This document shows positions 19,786 to 28,711 of a stretch of DNA of 64,000 nucleotides, one piece after another (position 1 is the stretch's first letter; each line of letters starts with the position of its first letter). The position numbers and the translations under genes are program-made. Source of the DNA: Bacillota bacterium. Its GTDB lineage: Bacteria; Bacillota; Limnochordia; Limnochordales; ZCTH02-B6. The DNA lies in the NCBI GenBank assembly GCA_017656145.1, contig JACDOI010000007.1, positions 11,047 to 75,046 of the forward strand, given 5' to 3'. Under the pieces are notes generated by a model. It saw nothing but the letters and a program-made list of their open reading frames with translations, was not told the DNA's origin and searched no databases.

Positions 19786-20034
19786 GCCCGGAACCTCCAC
19801 CGTCCGATGGGGCGCATGCCGGTTGGGGCCGAGCCCCCCCGGGATGCACCGTCTTCCTTTCACATTTCCGCTTGGGGGCCGTTCTCCTTCTCCCAACGAT
19901 CGGGGTGCGAACACGACCGCAGCCGGAGAATACCGCCCGGCCGCTGGAACCGCTTGGTGGCTCGCGCACGCTTTGGTGCGGCCGGAGGCACGCCGCCATT
20001 GGTGCCCCCCCGACGCCCACGCCGCGGTCGGTGC

Positions 20035-21072
20035 TCAACGCCACGGCCGCAGGAAAGACAACAGCATGAGCCCGCCCACCAGGCCCATCAGCGGATAAAC
20101 GGTGCCCACCACTTCGGCAAAGGGGAACAAGCCTCCGACAAAGGCCGCAGCGCCGCCGCCGATCACCGCCGCCCGAAACCGGGGCCCGCTTTCCTCCCCC
20201 AGGCGGGCTGCAAACCCGAACAGCACGGCGACGGCTGTGGTGTACACTTCCGCCAGGAGCAGCGCGCTGTAGGCCAGCGGAACCCAAGGCGGAAGCCCGC
20301 GGGCTGCATAAAGCATCGGGATGTCAAACCGGCTCGCCTCCGGCATGTGCGCCGCGACGGCAAGGTGAATCGCCCCCGCGCCAAGCCCGAGGCCGATGCC
20401 GCCCAACGCCCCGCCCCAAGCCAGCGCGGCGCGATCCCGGGCCTCGGCGCCCAGCGGCCCCAGCACCGGCACGGCCAGAACCATGTTGTACGCCACGTAC
20501 AGCGCGCCCGCCAGCCACCAAGGTTCGACGGGCGCCAGTTGCGGCCGTCCTTCCCAGGCAAGGGCGGCGGCGATTCCCGGGCCATCGCTCAGGGAGTAGG
20601 CGCTAATGGCCAACACCGACCCAATCAAAAGCGGGGCGACGAACGCGATGGCCCGAATGACCCCCCGCAGTCCCGTCAGCACCGTGGCGGCGCTCAGCGC
20701 CGTCATCAGCGCAGCACCCAGCCAGCGGGGCCAGCCGTACTGCTCCAGCATCGTGGCAGCCGCGCCCGAGGCCATGGCGGCCGCGGTGGCGAGCAGGAAC
20801 AAGGTTAACACCCAATCTACGATCGGAGCAACCCGCGGGCCGAACGCCCAATGGACCAGCGGCCTGTGGGAACCCGCGTTGAGTTTTCGGCCGAGCCAAA
20901 GGACCCGGACGCCGAAGCCGGAAAAAAGCAGCACGGCCAAAATTAGCCCTGCCGAACCGGCCGGCCCGAAAGCAGTGAAAAACTGCAGCGTCTCCTGCCC
21001 GGAGGCAAATCCCGCTCCGACCACGGTGCCGGCATACGCAGCCGCAATGCGCCACGCCCCCTGCCTCGCCAT
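20035..21072 (-). CDS. YkvI-family membrane protein (putative transporter)
   Basis: ATG 21072 gives MARQGAWRIAAAYAGTVVGAGFASGQETLQFFTAFG. About 345 aa, polytopic. Confidence 0.6.
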   Translation of the reverse strand: MARQGAWRIAAAYAGTVVGAGFASGQETLQFFTAFGPAGSAGLILAVLLFSGFGVRVLWLGRKLNAGSHRPLVHWAFGPRVAPIVDWVLTLFLLATAAAMASGAAATMLEQYGWPRWLGAALMTALSAATVLTGLRGVIRAIAFVAPLLIGSVLAISAYSLSDGPGIAAALAWEGRPQLAPVEPWWLAGALYVAYNMVLAVPVLGPLGAEARDRAALAWGGALGGIGLGLGAGAIHLAVAAHMPEASRFDIPMLYAARGLPPWVPLAYSALLLAEVYTTAVAVLFGFAARLGEESGPRFRAAVIGGGAAAFVGGLFPFAEVVGTVYPLMGLVGGLMLLSFLRPWR

Positions 21073-21526
21073 GTCCCGCCCGCCTCCCGTGTGGGGTGCG
21101 TCAGGCGTCGCCGCATCCGAATCCCCGGCATCTCTTTTGCCGGCGACCGCCTCGCACAAGACCCCAGCCGATTTTCTCCTCCTTGAACCCCTGCTCCCGC
21201 TCACCGCCCGCGTCCCGGTGGTTGCAACGGTGCGGGATGACCCGGGCGTGTCCCGGGTGACATGGGCCGGCGCCGGGGAATACCATGGCACAACCGGGAA
21301 TCGATTCCTATTCCCTCCTGCCGCAGAGGGCCAGCCCACCGGCCAAAGGCCCCGCGGGATCAAGAAAGGAGCGTTGAGCGTGAGCCGCATCAAGCGGCGG
21401 CTGGTGCTTTCCCGCACCCCCGGGGAACCCGACGTCAAGATTCACCGCCGGAAAACGACTCTACCGGCGACGACATCCCCGGCGCGGCCGCCATCCTCGT
21501 CACCTCCGGCGGCCCCGACCATCTCG

Positions 21527-21898
21527 ATGCCGGGCGGGCGCCGTTTAGAACTGCGAGGCGTCCGAACGACGGGTCTTTTTCCAGTGCCGGGCGACGCCCA
21601 GATCCAGCTGGCGGTCTTCATCAGCAGTTTTTCCGACGCCGACGAGACCGCGGCCGTCACGGTCCGGCGACTGTGCAATGGGGAGCTGGCAACCGTCTTT
21701 TTCCGCTCCCTCACCGTCCCCGCCCGGGGCGTGCAGCAGGTCGCCGTCGACGGCCTGGCCGGCGAAACCGTCGCGGTGGAAGTGGCTCTCGCTTCCGACC
21801 GGCAGGTTCCGAGCGCGGCGGTAACTCAGTATTTCCCGGCCGACGGGGCCATCGTCACCTTGGTGTACAAATCACCCGGCGACTTCGTCCCGGTCTAA
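21527..21898 (+). CDS. Hypothetical small protein (paralogue of the next gene)
   Basis: ATG 21527. The 124-aa product shares an overall pattern with the 21939-22388 product (TTG[LM]FPV ... V.V....P.D ... DF[VI].V). Confidence 0.35.
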   Translation: MPGGRRLELRGVRTTGLFPVPGDAQIQLAVFISSFSDADETAAVTVRRLCNGELATVFFRSLTVPARGVQQVAVDGLAGETVAVEVALASDRQVPSAAVTQYFPADGAIVTLVYKSPGDFVPV

Positions 21899-21938
21899 AC
21901 CGCGTGAATTCGCTTGGTCCAAACCGCGTGAAGGAGAG

Positions 21939-22388
21939 ATGATCGTGCCTGTCACGCTGACCACTGGCATGTTCCCCGTTGCACAACTTCCCGCCGCGCA
22001 GGTCGTTTCCGTACGCATCTTTCTGGGCAACCTGGAAAACCGGCCCCGCCAGGGTACCGTGGAAGTGTCCCGCATGGTCGACGGCAACAAGCAGCACCTG
22101 CGCGCAGAGGAGGTGGAAGTGCCCGGCGACAGCGTGATCGCCATCGAGCTGCCCAGCGAAGACGTCGAAGGCCGTACCATCGAAGTTACGGTGACGGTGC
22201 CGACCGACGGGTTTGCCGTCGGGGCCCTGCCGCTGGTTCCGGGTCTTGCGGTCATCTCTTTCTTCACGGGAGAGGCAACGACCTCGATTCTCCAGTGGAT
22301 TTCATCGGACGATTTCATCCAGGTGGGCCAGCCTCAGGAAGTCCCCGCGGTCGCCGGTGCGGGCGGTCTGAAAGTCGGAAACCCTTAG
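21939..22388 (+). CDS. Hypothetical small protein
   Basis: 149-aa ORF, beta-rich. No family recognised. Confidence 0.45.
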   Translation: MIVPVTLTTGMFPVAQLPAAQVVSVRIFLGNLENRPRQGTVEVSRMVDGNKQHLRAEEVEVPGDSVIAIELPSEDVEGRTIEVTVTVPTDGFAVGALPLVPGLAVISFFTGEATTSILQWISSDDFIQVGQPQEVPAVAGAGGLKVGNP

Positions 22389-22569
22389 CTCGACGCTTGC
22401 AGCGCCGAGCGCTCTGCATTCGGGTGCAAATAGGGACGTTCGTCCTGACGTTCGACCCATCCGCTCTCGAGGTGCTCGTGCTATCGTTATAGAACCGGTA
22501 TGCGGACAGAAACCGACCGGAACAAAACAACCATTTTTAAACAATTTTTCGCACAAGGAGGATGGGGTC

Positions 22570-23328
22570 GTGAGACTGGCCGGAAAGGTTGCCGTTGTAA
22601 CCGGTGCCGCTTCTGGGATGGGCGAACAAATCGCCCGGCTGTTCGCCAAGGAAGGCGCCAAAGTGGTTGTCGCGGACATCGACGGGGACGGGGCTGCAAA
22701 AGTCGCCCAAGCCATCGCGGCAGACGGCGGGTCGGCCGTCGCGGTGACCGTCAACGTGGCGATCGAAGAAGACGTACAGCGCATGATCGATACGGCGCTC
22801 AATGAGTTCGGGGCCCTCGACATCCTCGTCAACAACGCTGGAATCATGGACAACATGGTACCGGTACACGAACTCACCGACGAGCTGTGGGACCGGGTCA
22901 TCGCCGTCAACGCGACCGGCCCCATGCGGGCGATGCGAAAAGCGCTGCCCATATTCCTGGAAAAAGGAAAGGGCAACATCATCAACATCGCTTCCATCGG
23001 AGGACTGAACGGTTCCCGCGCCGGTGCGGCGTACACCGCGTCGAAGCACGCAGTTGTCGGCCTCACCAAGAACGTCGGGTTCCAATACGCCGCAGCGGGA
23101 ATCCGCTGCAACGCCATCGCGCCCGGTGCGGTGGCGACCAACATCGCGTCCACCATGAAAGAACCGTCCAAGTTCGGCTCCGAGAAAGCGGGAATGGGAA
23201 TGTCCCTGAACCCGCGCGTCGGCAACCCCGAGGAGATCGCTCAGGTGGCCCTGTTCCTCGCTTCGGACGAATCCAGCTTCGTCAACGGGGCCGTGTTCGT
23301 AGTCGACGGAGGATGGACCGCGTACTGA
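22570..23328 (+). CDS. Short-chain dehydrogenase/reductase (FabG-like)
   Basis: VTGAASGMG, NNAGI and YTASKHAVVGLTK. Confidence 0.85.
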   Translation: MRLAGKVAVVTGAASGMGEQIARLFAKEGAKVVVADIDGDGAAKVAQAIAADGGSAVAVTVNVAIEEDVQRMIDTALNEFGALDILVNNAGIMDNMVPVHELTDELWDRVIAVNATGPMRAMRKALPIFLEKGKGNIINIASIGGLNGSRAGAAYTASKHAVVGLTKNVGFQYAAAGIRCNAIAPGAVATNIASTMKEPSKFGSEKAGMGMSLNPRVGNPEEIAQVALFLASDESSFVNGAVFVVDGGWTAY

Positions 23329-23364
23329 TCGCAGACGACCACAACCGTTCATTTGCCGGCACCC

Positions 23365-23404
23365 AAAGCCGAGCGCCCAAGGGAAACCTTGGGCGTTCGG
23401 CTTT
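23365..23404. terminator. Bidirectional intrinsic terminator between the SDR and cotF-like genes
   Basis: An 18-bp stem AAAGCCGAGCGCCCAAGG / CCTTGGGCGTTCGGCTTT (one G-T pair) with a GAAA loop. An A-run and a T-run form the outer arms. Confidence 0.7.
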
Positions 23405-23413
23405 GCGGGATCC

Positions 23414-23770
23414 TTACTGCGACATGGGACCTTTCGCCCATGAGGGATGCCCCTGGCCGCTCCCCGGAACGGCCGCCGTGCCGTACGTGTGACTTTGGGC
23501 GTACAGTTGCTGCTGCGCTTGACTGAAGTTGTGTTGCGCCTGCTGAACTTGTTGGGGGCTGATGGGCTGGGGGTTATACCAGCCGCGCTGTTGCATGGCC
23601 TGGAAGATCTGCAACCGCGTTTGCTGTTCTTCCGCGCTCAAATTCATCAGGACCTGGAGCAGCTGCGGATCGTCCGTATGGTCCGCGCATGCCAAGTAGT
23701 CGTGGGCGAGCCGCTTCTGACTGACCAGGCAATCCGTCAGAATCTCCTTGTCGGTCAGCATTTGGGTCAT
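23414..23770 (-). CDS. Spore coat protein, CotF-like
   Basis: MTQMLTDKEILTDCLVSQKRLAHDYLACADHTDDPQLLQVL matches the Coat_F pattern. Confidence 0.7.
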   Translation of the reverse strand: MTQMLTDKEILTDCLVSQKRLAHDYLACADHTDDPQLLQVLMNLSAEEQQTRLQIFQAMQQRGWYNPQPISPQQVQQAQHNFSQAQQQLYAQSHTYGTAAVPGSGQGHPSWAKGPMSQ

Positions 23771-23795
23771 CGGCTGATCCCTCCCCTTCCATCGG

Positions 23796-24077
23796 CTAAA
23801 ACCATTGGCTCGGCGCGTTGGTTCCCGCCATGGGCTGCGGCTGGGCTGCGGCCATCGGCGGGGCCGTGCCTTGCCGGTTCAGCTGCTGCAGCAAAGTGTT
23901 GAAGTGGTGCTCGTGCCGTTGGGCCATCGACTGCAACATCTGCTTCAGTTGCGGATCCTGGCACTGTTGGGCGTAAGCCCGCAACTTCTTGACCTGCAAT
24001 TCTTCCGCGTGCAAAAGGTCATCGAGGAACAAGAACTCCCGCTGTGTGAACGCCATCGTCATCACCACCTTCGCCAT
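23796..24077 (-). CDS. Spore coat protein, CotF-like
   Basis: FTQREFLFLDDLLHAEELQVKKLRAYAQQCQDPQLKQML. Start is ambiguous (ATG 24077, 24062 or 24056; GGTGG lies before 24056). Confidence 0.6.
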   Translation of the reverse strand: MAKVVMTMAFTQREFLFLDDLLHAEELQVKKLRAYAQQCQDPQLKQMLQSMAQRHEHHFNTLLQQLNRQGTAPPMAAAQPQPMAGTNAPSQWF

Positions 24078-24433
24078 ATCCGGGATTGTCGACCACTCGT
24101 AGGGTGTCCTTCCCGAGGGCCGCGCATGCGGGAGAATCCACAGCCGCGGCAACGCGGTGCCGCCCGGACGGCACCGCCCCCAGGGATGGAGCTTTCCGGT
24201 CGATCAAATATCTCGCCGGTTTCGCCACGGCCCTTGCAAAAACTACTCAGATTAGGTATGCTGCTAATGCTCTTACCGCTTAAGAGAATGATTTTCGGGG
24301 GTTCCGTCATCAGCGCCGCATCGAAGCGAGGTGAAACGGGGTGAACTTTCTCTTGTTCCTGCTGTTGTTTACGGCCGGATGCGGCTGGCTCGACGGACGC
24401 GCGCGAAAGGACACTTGATAGGAGGAGTTCCAG

Positions 24434-25003
24434 ATGTTTGCCGGGCATTTCGGAGTGGCAGCGGCAGCAAGAGGCAAGGTTCCGGAGGTGCCCCTGTGGG
24501 CCCTCGTGATCAGCGTACAGCTGTTGGATATAGTGTTCGTCCCGCTCCTTTTGTTGGGCGTGGAATCCATTGAACCCATCAACGGCGGTGGGTACGGTCG
24601 GAACGTGATTCACGCCCCGTATACGCACTCCCTGGCGGGAGCGGTCTTGATATCCGTCGCGGTCGCCCTTGTCGCGTGGCGCCGGTGGGGACGGCGCGGC
24701 GGGTTCGCGTTGGGGACCCTCACCCTCAGCCACTGGTTGCTGGACCTCATCGTGCATCGCGGGGATATGGCCGTCATGTTCGGCCCGTCCGGGCAAGTCC
24801 GCCTCGGACTGGGCCTGTGGGAAAACGCCTTCGCCAGCGCAACCCTGGAAGCGTCGGTCATCACCGCGGGGTTCCTCATGTACCGGCGGTTCATCTTGAC
24901 AAACCTGCCAAGAAACCGGCGAAACTGGGGGCTGGCCGCGACGGCAGCCATGGCCGTCTGCTTAATCCTGGCGCTGGTCACCGACGTGTTGGGCATCTCG
25001 TAA
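24434..25003 (+). CDS. Membrane-bound metal-dependent hydrolase-like protein (YdjM/DUF457-like)
   Basis: 189 aa with 5 TM helices. His-rich motifs HAPYTHSLAG and SHWLLDLIVHRGD. Confidence 0.45.
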   Translation: MFAGHFGVAAAARGKVPEVPLWALVISVQLLDIVFVPLLLLGVESIEPINGGGYGRNVIHAPYTHSLAGAVLISVAVALVAWRRWGRRGGFALGTLTLSHWLLDLIVHRGDMAVMFGPSGQVRLGLGLWENAFASATLEASVITAGFLMYRRFILTNLPRNRRNWGLAATAAMAVCLILALVTDVLGIS

Positions 25004-25126
25004 CCCGGCCCTACCCTGCTCGCAGCAGGACACGGCCCGTTGCTGGAAGAACCCGTCCCGTCCATGGAGCATGCCGTCACCCAAGCGAAAGCCCGGCTCG
25101 GTCCACAGGTAAGAAGGGGTGGTAAC

Positions 25127-25816
25127 ATGTCGCCCAGGAAAGGTCTTGATTTGCCGGTCATCTTGCAGACAGCCGCGGCCATCGCCGATGACGCAGGGTT
25201 TGATGCGGTCACCGTCGCCGCCATCGCGGAGCGACTGGGCGTCCGGCCCCCGTCGCTGTACAACCACGTGTCGGGCTTGGCCGATCTCCAGAAGAAGCTG
25301 GCCGTCTACGGCCTGGAACGGTTGCTCGAGGCACTGACCGATGCGGTGGTGGGCCGCTCCGGGGACGACGCGATCCGCAGCATGGGCGGCGCTTACCTTG
25401 GCTTCGCCCGGCGACACCGGGGCTTGTACGAAGCCACGATCCGAGCGATGGATATGCGGGATCCCGCCGTCCAGCGGTCCGCGGACGCTATCGTCGGCCT
25501 GGTTGCGCGGGTGTTGGGTTTCTACGGACTACACCGCGATGAGGCGATCCATGCCGTGCGCGGGCTACGCAGCATCTTGCACGGCTTTGCCTCCTTGGAA
25601 CGCAATGGGCAGTTCGGCCTGCCCCTGGAAGCGGACACCAGTTTCCAGATCCTGTTGGATATCTTCCTGGCAGGACTCAACGCCCGCATCGCCCGCGAGA
25701 AACCGGATCGGGCCGAGACCGGGGTCCTGTCATCTCAAGCAAAGGACGGCTCACAGGCAGAACACCCCTTGACACATCAAAGAGATATGATTTATCATCA
25801 CATCAATTTATTTTGA
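25127..25816 (+). CDS. TetR/AcrR-family transcriptional regulator
   Basis: ATG 25127 gives MSPRKGLDLPVILQTAAAIADDAGFDAVTVAAIAERLGVRPPSLYNHVSGL. Confidence 0.8.
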   Translation: MSPRKGLDLPVILQTAAAIADDAGFDAVTVAAIAERLGVRPPSLYNHVSGLADLQKKLAVYGLERLLEALTDAVVGRSGDDAIRSMGGAYLGFARRHRGLYEATIRAMDMRDPAVQRSADAIVGLVARVLGFYGLHRDEAIHAVRGLRSILHGFASLERNGQFGLPLEADTSFQILLDIFLAGLNARIAREKPDRAETGVLSSQAKDGSQAEHPLTHQRDMIYHHINLF

Positions 25817-25818
25817 TG
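25769..25818 (+). promoter_or_regulatory. Putative arsR-arsM promoter with overlapping repeat operator
   Basis: TTGACA at 25769-25774, an 18-nt spacer, then TATCAT at 25793-25798. ACATCAA occurs twice (25774-25780, 25800-25806) with inverted TTTGATG at 25812-25818. All of this lies inside the 3' end of the TetR gene. Confidence 0.4.
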
Positions 25819-25822
25819 GGAG

Positions 25823-26317
25823 GTGCCGGCGATGCCGGCGGGGGTGACGCAATCACCAGAGCGGATCGCCCAAGCGTCGGGCCGGGATTCCCGACCGGCC
25901 GCGCCGGCGGTGAATGGAAACGTCGATCCCATCGTCCGGCTGGGCCGGGCGTTGGCCGACCCGGTAAGAGTTCGCATGCTGATGCTCGTGGCCAGCGGGC
26001 GCCAGTGTTGCTCCGATCTCAGAACCAATGCGCCCGCCGGGACGGGCAAGGATGGCTTGTGCGTATGCGAGCTCGCCGAACATTTCGGCCTCGGCCAATC
26101 CCGTGTGTCCTACCACGTGAAACGGCTAAAGGACGCGGGACTGCTGAAGGAAAGCCGGCGCGGCAAATGGTCCTTCTACTCGCTCGATCGGGACGCGCTT
26201 TGGCAGCTGTTGAGACACATCGAGGATACGCTTCAGGTGGGGACCGGTGGGCCAAAGCAGCCACCGCGCATTGTCGGAAACGGAGGTGAGCGCGCATGTT
26301 GCGGCGTGAAGAGCTGA
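25823..26317 (+). CDS. arsR: ArsR/SmtB-family metalloregulator
   Basis: LADPVRVRMLMLVASG and CVCELAEHFGLGQSRVSYHVKRLKDAGLL. Confidence 0.8.
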   Translation: MPAMPAGVTQSPERIAQASGRDSRPAAPAVNGNVDPIVRLGRALADPVRVRMLMLVASGRQCCSDLRTNAPAGTGKDGLCVCELAEHFGLGQSRVSYHVKRLKDAGLLKESRRGKWSFYSLDRDALWQLLRHIEDTLQVGTGGPKQPPRIVGNGGERACCGVKS

Positions 26318-27090
26318 AGCGGGCAGTGCAGGAAAGGTACGGAGAGGCGGCTCGGTCGGTCCGAACCGGTTCTTCGGGATGCTGCCAGCCCGGCGGCGCG
26401 GAATCCGCTCTGGACGCATGGGCGAGGGGAACCTACGATCCGCAGGAGCTGAGCCAGCTGCCCCAGTCGGCGGTTGCGGCATCGCTCGGGTGTGCCAATC
26501 CGGTAGCCCTCGCCCAGCCCGCGCCGGGTGAGGTCGTGCTCGATCTGGGCAGCGGAGGCGGAATTGACGTGCTGCTCACCGCCCGCCGGGTGGGGCCGGC
26601 GGGCAAGGTGTACGGGCTGGACATGACCGATGAAATGCTGGAGCTGGCCCGGGAAAACCAGCGCAAGGCGGGCGTGGAAAATGTGGAGTTCCTCAAAGGG
26701 GACATCGAACACATTCCCCTGCCGGACAATCATGTCGATTTGATCATCAGCAACTGCGTCATCAACCTGGCGTCCGATAAAGCCCGGGTGTTCAAAGAAG
26801 CGTTCCGGGTCCTCAAGCCCGGGGGCAGGCTGGCGGTGGCGGATATGGTGTATACGGGTTCCGGGCGGCGCCCGCCGGTGGATCCGGATCGCGGCTTGGA
26901 CTCCTGGTCCGCCTGCGTGGCCGGGGCGTTGCACCGGGACGAGTACGACGCAGAGTTGCGCCGGGCCGGTTTCGAGAACGTAGAGATCGAGATTGCCTAC
27001 GAAGTGCCCCAAGACAGCGGCTGCGAACCGGCGCCCGGCGCGGGCAACATGCGGCTGGCCAGCGCCCTGATCCGGGCTCGGCGGCCGTAG
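26296..27090 (+). CDS. arsM: Arsenite S-adenosylmethionine methyltransferase
   Basis: GCCQPG, LGCANPVALA, VLDLGSGGGIDV, DLIISNCVINL and LKPGGRLAVADMV. Overlaps the arsR stop. Confidence 0.75.
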   Translation: MLRREELKRAVQERYGEAARSVRTGSSGCCQPGGAESALDAWARGTYDPQELSQLPQSAVAASLGCANPVALAQPAPGEVVLDLGSGGGIDVLLTARRVGPAGKVYGLDMTDEMLELARENQRKAGVENVEFLKGDIEHIPLPDNHVDLIISNCVINLASDKARVFKEAFRVLKPGGRLAVADMVYTGSGRRPPVDPDRGLDSWSACVAGALHRDEYDAELRRAGFENVEIEIAYEVPQDSGCEPAPGAGNMRLASALIRARRP

Positions 27091-27220
27091 GGCCTACCAT
27101 ATTCAAAAGCAACTGGCGTTTCTTTCATGGCACCTGGCAGTTATGGCCCTCGTCAAAACCGAACCTTGCCGGAAAGCCGGTCCGCGGCTGTGCGAGAAGA
27201 CAGCTAGCCGGGCGTCGCCG

Positions 27221-28693
27221 TCAGCCGCGCAAGCGTTCCACGAGTCGCCCGTACGCCTCGTCCCACGAGCTTCGGTCACCGGGCACGTATTCCTCCAGGG
27301 CAAAAGAACGGCGCACGGCGGCGCGCGCATCGGCCAAGTCGGCGAACAGTCCCTTGGCCATGGCCTGCACCAGCACATTGCCGGCTGCGGTGGCTTCGGC
27401 GGGTCCAGCCAGCACCACCCTGCCCGTAGCGTCGGCGGTAAACTGGTTGAGCAGGCGATTTTGCGATCCGCCTCCGACGACATGCACGGCCCGGATGGAC
27501 CGGCCCGTCGCCCGCTCGATGCCTTCCACCACATAACGGTACTTGAGCGCCAAGCTCTCCAGGATGCAGCGGACCATCTCGCCCGGAGAGGCCGGTTCGG
27601 GCTGGCCCGTTTCCCGGGCGTACGAGCGAATCTTTTCAGGCATGTCGCCGGGGGAGAGGAATCGCCGGTCGTCGGGATCGATGACGGTGCGAAACGGCTC
27701 GGCCGCCGCGGCCAGGCGCGCCAGCTCCGGATAGGACATGTCGTTCCCCATGCTCGCCCACGTGCGGCGGCACTCCTGCAACAGCCACAAGCCCATGACG
27801 TTTTTCAGCAGCCGGAAAGTGCCGCGGACACCGCCCTCGTTGGTCAGACCGAACGCGAAGGCGGCCGGGGTGATCACGGGCTCATCCACTTCAATCCCCA
27901 ACAAGGACCATGTTCCGGAGCTGAGATAGCACCAGTCGTGCCCACCTGCCGGCACCGCCGCGACGGCGGAGCCCGTGTCGTGCACAGCCGGCAAAATGAC
28001 GTCCACCGGTCCTGCCCCCGTGCGCTCGGCGAGATCTGCGTGCAGCCGCCCGAGCACGGTGCCCGGTTCGACCACGGCCGGCATGAGCCGGCGCGGCAGC
28101 CCAAAGGTTTCAAACAGGCGATCCGCCCACGTGCGAGAGCGCGGGTTCACAAGCTGGGTCGTTGTCGCATTGGTAAACTCGGCGGCCTGCTCGCCGGTTA
28201 ACAAGAAGGCGATGTACTCCCCCATCATCAGGAGCGAGCGGGCCAATTCCAGCCGGGACGGGACCGCGCGCGTTTCGGCGATGAGCTGATAAAGCGTGTT
28301 GAACGGCAGGAATTGAATGCCGGTCTCCGCGTAGATCTCCTCCGCGGGCATCGTTGCAAAGGCGCGCTCCATTATCCCGGCCGTACGGCTGTCTCGGTAG
28401 TGGTACGGCGGGCCCAGGAGGACGTTGCCCGGGCCGAGCAGGACGTAGTCCACCGCCCACGTGTCGATCCCGATGCCCCGAAGGCCGTCACCGCTGGCCG
28501 CCTTGCTGATGGCCTCCACAACGCCGCTGTACAAGTCGAACACGTTCCAGTGCAAATGCCCGAAAAGCCAAATCGGGCGGTTGGGAAACCGGTGCACCTC
28601 CTCGATGCGAATGCGGCCGCCCTCCACCGTTCCGACGATTCCTCGACCGCTCTCCGCGCCGATGTCAATGGCCAGAAACCGCTCTCCCCTCAC
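27221..28693 (-). CDS. rhaB: Rhamnulokinase
   Basis: FGGY-family kinase. FLAIDIGAESGRGIVG and HRFPNRPIWLFGHLHWNV are the rhamnulokinase N-terminal pattern. Confidence 0.85.
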   Translation of the reverse strand: MRGERFLAIDIGAESGRGIVGTVEGGRIRIEEVHRFPNRPIWLFGHLHWNVFDLYSGVVEAISKAASGDGLRGIGIDTWAVDYVLLGPGNVLLGPPYHYRDSRTAGIMERAFATMPAEEIYAETGIQFLPFNTLYQLIAETRAVPSRLELARSLLMMGEYIAFLLTGEQAAEFTNATTTQLVNPRSRTWADRLFETFGLPRRLMPAVVEPGTVLGRLHADLAERTGAGPVDVILPAVHDTGSAVAAVPAGGHDWCYLSSGTWSLLGIEVDEPVITPAAFAFGLTNEGGVRGTFRLLKNVMGLWLLQECRRTWASMGNDMSYPELARLAAAAEPFRTVIDPDDRRFLSPGDMPEKIRSYARETGQPEPASPGEMVRCILESLALKYRYVVEGIERATGRSIRAVHVVGGGSQNRLLNQFTADATGRVVLAGPAEATAAGNVLVQAMAKGLFADLADARAAVRRSFALEEYVPGDRSSWDEAYGRLVERLRG

Positions 28694-28711
28694 CGTACCG
28701 CCCCCCGGGCC

